Below are positions 28,552 through 35,458 of a stretch of DNA of 64,000 nucleotides, piece after piece. The position numbers and the translations under genes were made by a program. This DNA comes from Bacteroidales bacterium (lineage in GTDB: Bacteria > Bacteroidota > Bacteroidia > Bacteroidales > P3), in assembly GCA_028708845.1 (NCBI GenBank), contig JAQVXZ010000007.1, positions 20,898 through 84,897 on the forward strand. Direction: 5' to 3'. Position 1 is the first letter of the stretch; the number at the start of each line of letters is the position of its first letter. The notes under the pieces were generated by a model. The model did not search any database and had not been told where the DNA came from. It saw nothing but the letters and a program-made list of their open reading frames with translations.

Positions 28552-28749
28552 AATACACTATTTACAAGCTTTTAATTATTTATGTTTTTTTGAGATTACT
28601 AATAATCCTTGACACTTTTGATTGAGAAAAAACTTCATCAGGAAACTCCGTCATGGGGGATATGCTATCCCACACGTTATTACTATTAGGATTTACTAAT
28701 CCGATACTTATTCTTATGTCTTTAATGAACTTATCTTAAAATTATTTTG

Positions 28750-28757
28750 TACTTTTG
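28750..28757 (+). promoter_or_regulatory. -7 box TACTTTTG for hsdM
   Basis: 29 nt upstream of the ATG at 28787. Confidence 0.45.
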
Positions 28758-28786
28758 AGGATTGAATTAAAAAATAATATAAAGAT

Positions 28787-30289
28787 ATGGCAGAAGTGAA
28801 TAATGCGGATATAGGTTTTGAGGATAAGATATGGAAGGCGGCAGACCTTTTGAGAGGTAATATGGATGCATCGGAATATAAGTCGGTGGTATTGGGATTG
28901 ATTTTCTTAAAGTATATATCGGATAGGTTTGAGATAAGATATAAGGAACTGGTGGATGAGGGAGAAGGTTTTGAGGAGGACAGGGATGAATATACTTCGG
29001 AATCGGTCTTTTATGTGCCACAAGATTCTAGGTGGGATGTGATTGCAAAAAAGGCAAGAACTCCAGAAATTGGTATTGCTATTGATGATGCTATGAGGCA
29101 TATTGAGAAAGAGAATATTAAACTTAAAGGGATATTGCCTAAGAACTTTTCACGACCAGAGCTTGACAAAAGACGACTTGGAGATGTGGTTGACTTGTTT
29201 ACTAACTTTAAGATGCACACCAAAGACGAGTCAAAGGATGTCTTGGGCAGAGTATATGAGTATTGCCTTTCTAAGTTTGCAGAAGCAGAGGGAAAACTTG
29301 CAGGAGAGTTCTATACCCCAGCTTGCATTGTTCGTACACTTGTTGAGATATTACAACCCCTAAGTGGTAGAGTTTATGACCCTTGCTGTGGAAGTGGTGG
29401 TATGTTTGTTCAGAGTGCAAAGTTTATAGAATCCCATGCAGCAAACATAAATAATATATCGGTCTATGGTCAGGACTCCAACCCAACAACTTGGAAGATG
29501 GCGATGATGAACCTTGCAATACGTGGCATAGAGGCAGACCTTGGCAAGTTTAATGCAGATACATTCTTTAATGATTCACACCCCAACCTAAAGGCAGATT
29601 ACGTGTTAGCAAATCCACCCTTCAACCTTTCCGACTGGGGAGGCGACAAGTTATCATCAGATATACGTTGGAAATATGGCTTACCACCAAACGGAAATGC
29701 CAACTATGCTTGGATACAACATATAATTCACCACCTATCAGAAAACGGAAAAGCAGGTATAGTACTTGCCAACGGATCCCTAAGCACACAGACCTCAGGA
29801 GAAGGAGAGATAAGACGTAAGATGATAGAAGATGATATTGTGGAGGGGATAATAGCAATGCCATCCCAACTATTCTATACAACACAAATCCCTGTTTCAA
29901 TTTGGATACTTAACAAGAATAAAAAACAAAAAGGCAAAACCCTATTTGTTGATGCAAGGAATCTCGGCACAATGGTTACCCGTAAGCTACGACAACTAAC
30001 CGATGAAGACATTAACCTAATAGCCCTAACCTTCAAAGCTTTTCAAGAAGGAATACTAAATAAAGAAAAAGGTTTTAGTGCAATAGCTGATCTAGAAACC
30101 ATAGCAAAACAAGACTATATTCTAACACCAGGCAGATACGTAGGAATAGCAGACCAGGAAGAAGACTCCGAACCATTTGAAGAAAAAATGACACGCCTAA
30201 CCACCGACCTAAAAGATCTATTTAATAAATCCCACGACCTAGAACAAGAAATAAAAACCCAACTAAAAAAGATAGGGTATGAATTATAA
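28787..30289 (+). CDS. hsdM: type I restriction-modification system methyltransferase subunit M
   Basis: HsdM N-terminal domain (IWKAADLLRGNMDASEYKSVVLGLIFLKYISD), AdoMet motif DPCCGSGGMF, and catalytic NPPFN. Confidence 0.95.
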   Translation: MAEVNNADIGFEDKIWKAADLLRGNMDASEYKSVVLGLIFLKYISDRFEIRYKELVDEGEGFEEDRDEYTSESVFYVPQDSRWDVIAKKARTPEIGIAIDDAMRHIEKENIKLKGILPKNFSRPELDKRRLGDVVDLFTNFKMHTKDESKDVLGRVYEYCLSKFAEAEGKLAGEFYTPACIVRTLVEILQPLSGRVYDPCCGSGGMFVQSAKFIESHAANINNISVYGQDSNPTTWKMAMMNLAIRGIEADLGKFNADTFFNDSHPNLKADYVLANPPFNLSDWGGDKLSSDIRWKYGLPPNGNANYAWIQHIIHHLSENGKAGIVLANGSLSTQTSGEGEIRRKMIEDDIVEGIIAMPSQLFYTTQIPVSIWILNKNKKQKGKTLFVDARNLGTMVTRKLRQLTDEDINLIALTFKAFQEGILNKEKGFSAIADLETIAKQDYILTPGRYVGIADQEEDSEPFEEKMTRLTTDLKDLFNKSHDLEQEIKTQLKKIGYEL

Positions 30290-30369
30290 GAAATTAATAT
30301 CAATTTCGCGACCTAACGAAAATGATATTTTTATTGATAAAAACGATGTATATATACGATTCGACAATT

Positions 30370-30397
30370 GTAGAGACGCGATTAATCGCGTCTCTAC
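30370..30397. repeat. perfect 28-nt palindrome GTAGAGACGCGATTAATCGCGTCTCTAC (copy 1), REP-like
   Basis: Read directly. 12-bp GC-rich stem with a TTAA loop, preceded by CGACAATT. Confidence 0.9.
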
Positions 30398-30486
30398 CGA
30401 CGACAACAACACCTACAATAATTAAAATACGGGTAAAATGATATGCGACAATAATTATATTATGGGTAAAATGATATGCGACAATT

Positions 30487-30514
30487 GTAGAGACGCGATT
30501 AATCGCGTCTCTAC
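30487..30514. repeat. perfect 28-nt palindrome (copy 2), identical to copy 1
   Basis: Read directly. Also preceded by GCGACAATT. The 22-nt sequence gggtaaaatgatatgcgacaat is itself duplicated at 30431-30452 and 30464-30485. Confidence 0.9.
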
Positions 30515-30532
30515 CAAGGACAACAATAAATT

Positions 30533-31789
30533 ATGAATAATTGGGAAAAGGTAACATTAGGGGAGATAATAATATCTGCTAATACTGGATTAGATGCAAT
30601 CAAAAGAGCACCAATTGTAGATATTGATACGGGAATAAAATGTATTAGAATACAAGATATATCTCAATCTAAAAAATATGAAAATTGGGGATACACTAAT
30701 GTTGATGAAAAGAATTTTAAAAAATTCCAATTAAAACAAAATGATATAATAATTGCTAGGACAGGTGCTACTATTGGAGTAAATATTAGAATAAAAAATG
30801 ATTTAAATGCGGTCTATAATAATGGACTAATAAGAATCAGAGTAAATAATCAAATATGTAATCCTATTTATTTATATTATAATATTAGAACATCTAATTA
30901 TTATGGTTTTATTGATTCTATTTCAGGGGGCACTTCATCTCAACCAAATATGCAAATAAATGCATTACTAAGATTTGAAATTAATCTTCCACCTCTTGAT
31001 GAGCAAAAACGTATTGCTGATGTTTTGAGTGCTTTGGATGATAAGATTGAGATAAATAATAAGATTAATGAGAACCTTGAAGCACAAGCACAGGCAATAT
31101 TTAAGCAGTGGTTTGTGGATTTTGAATTTCCAGATCAAGAAGGCAAACCATATAAAACAAATGGTGGAAAATTTATTGATTCAGAATTAGGAGAAATCCC
31201 TTTAGGGTGGAAGATTGATTCTGCTGAAAATATTTTTGACATTTCTATTGGCAAAACACCTCCAAGAAAAGAACCAATTTGGTTTTCAAAAGACAAAATG
31301 GATGTTACATGGGTTTCTATTTCAGATATGGGGAGAGAGGGTGTTTATATATCTAATAGTTCAGAATACTTAACACGTGATGCAATAAAGAAATTTAATG
31401 TTGTAGTAGTCCCTGAAAATACAGTGCTACTAAGTTTTAAGCTAACAGTTGGTAGAATATCAATTACAGATGGTGAAGTAACAACAAATGAAGCAATAGC
31501 GCATTTTAAAACAAATAACAAGACATATACAAATTATATTTATCAATATCTTAAAGTTTATGATTATCAATCAATGGGTAATACTTCTTCAATTGCAAAT
31601 GCAGTTAATTCAAAGATTATTAAAGTAATGAAGATAATATTACCTTCTGATAACATACTGAAAGACTTCTATGATATTGTTAATCCAATAATGATGAGCA
31701 TAAAAAGGAATGAACAAGAAAATAAAACCCTTTCAGAGCTTAGGGATAGTTTGTTGATTAAATTAATGAGTGGGGAGGTTAGAGTATGA
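30533..31789 (+). CDS. hsdS: type I restriction-modification system specificity subunit S
   Basis: Two target-recognition domains separated by the conserved central helix LPPLDEQKRIADVLSALDDKIEINNKINENLEAQAQAIF. C-terminal conserved helix ...LSELRDSLLIKLMSGEVRV. Confidence 0.9.
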   Translation: MNNWEKVTLGEIIISANTGLDAIKRAPIVDIDTGIKCIRIQDISQSKKYENWGYTNVDEKNFKKFQLKQNDIIIARTGATIGVNIRIKNDLNAVYNNGLIRIRVNNQICNPIYLYYNIRTSNYYGFIDSISGGTSSQPNMQINALLRFEINLPPLDEQKRIADVLSALDDKIEINNKINENLEAQAQAIFKQWFVDFEFPDQEGKPYKTNGGKFIDSELGEIPLGWKIDSAENIFDISIGKTPPRKEPIWFSKDKMDVTWVSISDMGREGVYISNSSEYLTRDAIKKFNVVVVPENTVLLSFKLTVGRISITDGEVTTNEAIAHFKTNNKTYTNYIYQYLKVYDYQSMGNTSSIANAVNSKIIKVMKIILPSDNILKDFYDIVNPIMMSIKRNEQENKTLSELRDSLLIKLMSGEVRV

Positions 31790-31790
31790 A
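31759..31790 (+). repeat. direct repeat DR1a (functional hsdS 3' end)
   Basis: taaattaatgagtggggaggttagagtatgaa matches 32740-32771 at 28 of 32 positions. Confidence 0.85.
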
Positions 31791-32691
31791 ATATTATTGT
31801 AATATTAAATTAAATAATGATTATCGTTTTTCTAAAGAAATACTGAATTTTATTCTACCTTTAGAAATTAATACAATAAATGGTATAGTAAACGGTAAGT
31901 TAATTATGCCTAATAGAATTTCAAACAGAGATTTATATTTTGAAAATGATTCAATTAAGATGGATATTGTATATTTAGGTACAGAACTTGAGTCTTTTTT
32001 TTTAATTAATGCAATTTATTGCGAGTTTGAATTAGAAAAAAATGATGAATTAGATTTATACTATGGTATAAGTAATAAGTTGTATAGTTTATCAAATATC
32101 CTTAGATGCTATCCGAAAAATATATTAGATAAATGTTGTTGTTCTGATAATAAAATAAATAAAATTGATTTTAAATTATTTTCAGATGATGGAAAAGAAA
32201 TAAAAGATCAAAAGCTTTACGGGGTAGGATATAAAAACGAAAAAGATTGTATTGATATTTTTATAATACGTCGTATATTGCTTCTATTAAAATATAATGC
32301 TAAACCTAGTATTACATATCAATTATTAAATGAAGCAAAAGATATGGAAGATAATAATGATTATAGACATGCAATTATTAATTGTTGTACAATTTGCGAG
32401 ATTGTTTTTTCAAAATTACTCGTTGATAAATTGACTAAAAATGGTTCTAAGAAGAACGACATAGAGAAAATACTTAATAATATTAATGGAATTGCTGCAT
32501 TAGGAAAATTATTAAAAGAATTTGAAATAAAAACAATTAAAGCTGATTTTGGTAATTTAGCAGGATTAAGAAATAAATCAGCACATATGGGAATTTTACC
32601 AAACAGTGAAGACTGTAGTAAGTATATAAAAGTTTGTGAAGAACTTTTAAAATATCATAGAATTAAGTTTTATAAAATAGAAAAATCATAG
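31786..32691 (+). CDS. uncharacterised 301-aa protein: unknown Cys-rich N-terminal domain plus a C-terminal HEPN-like (Rx4H, DUF4145-like) domain
   Basis: Its ATG overlaps the hsdS stop (ATGA at 31786-31789). The C-terminus has YRHAIINCCTICEIVFSKLL ... LAGLRNKSAHMG (R at 32569-32571, H at 32584-32586). No Walker A motif. Confidence 0.5.
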   Translation: MKYYCNIKLNNDYRFSKEILNFILPLEINTINGIVNGKLIMPNRISNRDLYFENDSIKMDIVYLGTELESFFLINAIYCEFELEKNDELDLYYGISNKLYSLSNILRCYPKNILDKCCCSDNKINKIDFKLFSDDGKEIKDQKLYGVGYKNEKDCIDIFIIRRILLLLKYNAKPSITYQLLNEAKDMEDNNDYRHAIINCCTICEIVFSKLLVDKLTKNGSKKNDIEKILNNINGIAALGKLLKEFEIKTIKADFGNLAGLRNKSAHMGILPNSEDCSKYIKVCEELLKYHRIKFYKIEKS

Positions 32692-32739
32692 AATATGCAA
32701 GAAATACGAACTTCTCATAGATTGAAACTTATTATTGCC

Positions 32740-32771
32740 TAAATTGATGGGTGGGGAGGTTAGGGTGTGAA
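32740..32771 (+). repeat. direct repeat DR1b: relic of an hsdS 3' end (reads ...LLLPKLMGGEVRV-stop)
   Basis: taaattgatgggtggggaggttagggtgtgaa. The frame is closed 10 codons upstream, so it is a remnant and not a gene. Confidence 0.8.
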
Positions 32772-32856
32772 TTTAAAATTATAAAAATTGATGCAGATTA
32801 TACTAATGTATTATAGAAAATTAATTCCGCAATTGTACAATTAAAAATATACTATT

Positions 32857-33582
32857 ATGAATGAAGAAAAAATTGAAGAAAAAGTTGAAAAGCTTTTAAA
32901 TTGTAAAGAAACCACGAGAATATTTGGATATTCAGAGAGAGGAATATTAAATTCTTTAATGTTTGAAATTAGCAAAGATAAAAAGTTAATGATTGAGTTT
33001 TTGAAACTGCTCCCTGAAGAAATAGCGGTAAAAATCGGAACTCCAGCTTGTTTTAAAATCCTTCTTGATCATTCTTTATCTGGTTTTGGCAGTCCAGACT
33101 TGATTGTTATTGCTCATTATATTAAGCCTGAAGATAAAAAAGTAATATTTTTGGAAGCAAAGGTGCAAACTTTAGGTCATCAAAATTGGAATTTACAAGC
33201 TCTTTATGATAATTATGTTGGTGTTAGTGTAGATAATTATAAGCAACGGAAAATGGGTTCTAATCTATTTTTTCAATTAAAACTCAAAAGGTCCTTAGTT
33301 GAAAACCTAGATACAATTAGAGAAAATAACCTAATAGAAGTTGGAGTAGTAAGTAAAAAAATAGGTAATAATGCAATAGTGTTAAGGACTGTAGATATGA
33401 TTGATTATGCAGCTGAGTATTTTTATGTTGGAATTGTTCCTCACTGTAATTTTAGTCAAAGTGAGGAGGATAAAGAAAAATATAATTTTTTATTATGGAA
33501 AGATATTGAAAAATTTTGTGAGAAGAATAAATTGCAAAATGTACTGGACATGTTTGATTATAATAAAGGACAGATATATTAG
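32857..33582 (+). CDS. uncharacterised 241-aa protein with a PD-(D/E)xK nuclease-like motif set
   Basis: SERGILNSLMFE (helix Glu) ... GFGSPDLIVIAHY ... KKVIFLEAKVQT (D at about 33097, E-A-K at about 33154). The perfect palindrome AATTGTACAATT sits at 32830-32841 upstream. Confidence 0.45.
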   Translation: MNEEKIEEKVEKLLNCKETTRIFGYSERGILNSLMFEISKDKKLMIEFLKLLPEEIAVKIGTPACFKILLDHSLSGFGSPDLIVIAHYIKPEDKKVIFLEAKVQTLGHQNWNLQALYDNYVGVSVDNYKQRKMGSNLFFQLKLKRSLVENLDTIRENNLIEVGVVSKKIGNNAIVLRTVDMIDYAAEYFYVGIVPHCNFSQSEEDKEKYNFLLWKDIEKFCEKNKLQNVLDMFDYNKGQIY

Positions 33583-33606
33583 TAGCCGATAAATCCAATG
33601 CAACAT

Positions 33607-33636
33607 AACGCTATTTTGGAGATATTCAAAGATAAT
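33607..33636 (+). repeat. direct repeat DR2a: relic of an hsdR 5' end (reads MQHNAILEIFKDN...)
   Basis: aacgctattttggagatattcaaagataat matches 35486-35515 inside the hsdR start at 28 of 30 positions. Confidence 0.85.
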
Positions 33637-33716
33637 AGATGCTTAGTAGTTTAGAGAATGAGCACAATGTTAAAAAAGCTTTATTTTTAGTCGAATATTC
33701 TTTGGTTTTAGCAATC

Positions 33717-33760
33717 AGTCCTAAATATTGGCAAAACTTGGGACTTAAATAATGTTAAAT
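33717..33760 (+). promoter_or_regulatory. 44-nt repeat unit R1 upstream of abiEi (candidate operator)
   Basis: agtcctaaatattggcaaaacttgggacttaaataatgttaaat contains the inverted half-sites AGTCC...GGACT. A related copy lies at 33800-33843 and a partial one at about 33690. Confidence 0.4.
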
Positions 33761-33799
33761 TTGTGAGATTATAGTTTATTTTCGTTGTTTTCATTGGTT

Positions 33800-33843
33800 A
33801 GTCCGAAATATTGTATAAATTTGCGACTTAATAATTGTTAAAT
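33800..33843 (+). promoter_or_regulatory. 44-nt repeat unit R2 overlapping the abiEi promoter (candidate operator)
   Basis: agtccgaaatattgtataaatttgcgacttaataattgttaaat. It ends 3 nt before the abiEi ATG. Confidence 0.4.
33816..33823 (+). promoter_or_regulatory. -7 box TAAATTTG for abiEi-abiEii
   Basis: 23 nt upstream of the ATG at 33847. Confidence 0.45.
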
Positions 33844-33846
33844 ATT

Positions 33847-34458
33847 ATGAGTGTTAGTATTTTTGATACTGTAAGAAAATTAGTTTTGGAGAAAGAAATG
33901 GGAGAAATTCTATTTGTTTCTGATTTTTCTCATCTTAATGATGATGAGTCTGTAAACAAAATTCTATCAAGATTGGTTCATGAAGGGAGATTGGAAAGGA
34001 TATCGAGAGGTATATATTTAAAGGCTAAGAAGACTGATTTCGGTTCTTTAATTCCTTCTTTGGATGAAATTGCACATGCTATTGCTAAGAGGGATAAGGT
34101 TAAGATATTCCCTTCTGGCAATACTGCTCTAAATATGTTAGGCTTAAGCACTCAAGTTCCAATGGTTGCTGAATATATTACAACAGGATCTACAAGAACG
34201 GTTAAGGTTGGAAAAAGAAAAATTGTTTTCTCTAATTCTACTCCTAAAAACTTTGAATATAAAAATGAATTGATTCATCTTATTGTTGTTGCAATGAAGA
34301 AGATTGGGCAGAAAAATATAAGTGATGAGGATATTGAGGTTATTCAGAATTTACTTTCTGATAGGGATAGTATAGAGAACTGGAAAGAGGACATTCAACT
34401 TGCTCCTGTGTGGATAAGGAAGATAATAATAAACTTAATTGAAAATATTGAGCTATGA
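33847..34458 (+). CDS. abiEi: AbiEi-family type IV antitoxin / transcriptional regulator
   Basis: N-terminal winged-helix segment ...VNKILSRLVHEGRLERISRGIYLK. It overlaps the downstream AbiEii gene by 4 nt. Confidence 0.75.
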   Translation: MSVSIFDTVRKLVLEKEMGEILFVSDFSHLNDDESVNKILSRLVHEGRLERISRGIYLKAKKTDFGSLIPSLDEIAHAIAKRDKVKIFPSGNTALNMLGLSTQVPMVAEYITTGSTRTVKVGKRKIVFSNSTPKNFEYKNELIHLIVVAMKKIGQKNISDEDIEVIQNLLSDRDSIENWKEDIQLAPVWIRKIIINLIENIEL

Positions 34459-35447
34459 GTTTGTGGATTAATCTTGGATTGGATGAGAGAAAAGTACTTA
34501 TTCAACAAACAGCAGAAAAAGAAGGAATACCTGATTTGGCAGTGGAAAAAGACTGGTGGGTTACTATTGTTTTGAAAGCTTTGTTTTCTTGTTCTTGCAA
34601 TAAGCATCTATTGTTTAAAGGTGGAACTTCATTAAGTAAGGGCTGGAATATTATAGAAAGGTTTTCAGAAGATATTGATATTGCTTTGGATAGGTCGCGC
34701 TTTGCCTTAGCTTGCGATAACCGTACCCAAATAAATATTCTTAGAAAAGAGTCAAGAGTTTTTATTGAGAAAGAATTAATGCCAGAGTTAAATAAAAATC
34801 TCATAGCTTTGGTGGGAAATGAAACTTTCGAGATTGAATTTATTGAAAATATCAACTCAACAACTGATCCTACTGTGATTAATGTTGTTTATAAAAGTAT
34901 TTTAGATAATAGGGTTGAGTATATTAAGAATATAGTAAAGATTGAAATTAGTTGTTTGTCTCTTTCTGACCCTAATGAAAAGAGGGATATTTCCTCGCTT
35001 ATATATAAGTATTATCCGAATGTTGATAATGATTCTTCTTGTCAGATTAATACCGTTTTACCTCAAAGAACCTTTTTAGAAAAAATCTTTCTACTTCATG
35101 AGGAGTTTCAAAAACCAAACCCCAGAACTGAGAGAATGTCAAGGCATTTATATGATTTAGAGAAGTTGATGCAGATTAAAGAAGTGATAGTGTCCTTGAA
35201 TGATATGGTACTATACAATACTATTGTTGAACATCGAAAGAAGTTTAATAAGATAAGCAGTGTTGTTAATTCTCTTTATTCACCAGAAAAGATTAATATT
35301 ATTCCCCCTGATTTGATTTATAAGGATTGGGAAAAGGATTATTCAGATATGAAAAAATCATTTATTTATGGTGATTCTCTTAGTTTTGCAAAGCTTATTG
35401 AAAGGATAAGAGAGCTTCAAGATATAATACGTAATTTAGAAAACTAA
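34455..35447 (+). CDS. abiEii: AbiEii/AbiGii-family nucleotidyltransferase toxin
   Basis: NTase signature LLFKGGTSLSKGWNIIERFSEDIDIALD, and C-terminal RHLYDL. Confidence 0.85.
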   Translation: MSLWINLGLDERKVLIQQTAEKEGIPDLAVEKDWWVTIVLKALFSCSCNKHLLFKGGTSLSKGWNIIERFSEDIDIALDRSRFALACDNRTQINILRKESRVFIEKELMPELNKNLIALVGNETFEIEFIENINSTTDPTVINVVYKSILDNRVEYIKNIVKIEISCLSLSDPNEKRDISSLIYKYYPNVDNDSSCQINTVLPQRTFLEKIFLLHEEFQKPNPRTERMSRHLYDLEKLMQIKEVIVSLNDMVLYNTIVEHRKKFNKISSVVNSLYSPEKINIIPPDLIYKDWEKDYSDMKKSFIYGDSLSFAKLIERIRELQDIIRNLEN

Positions 35448-35458
35448 ACTAACCGCCT

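Noticed and set aside
28767-29021. 84-aa minus-strand ORF overlapping the hsdM start
   Set aside because: It is antisense to the conserved HsdM N-terminal domain, and its translation is P/Y-rich and non-protein-like.
30290-32771. hsdS phase-variable shufflon or inversion system
   Set aside because: The only extra hsdS-like sequence is a 32-nt direct (not inverted) relic of the 3' end. There is no second TRD cassette, no inverted repeats within hsdS, and no adjacent active recombinase.
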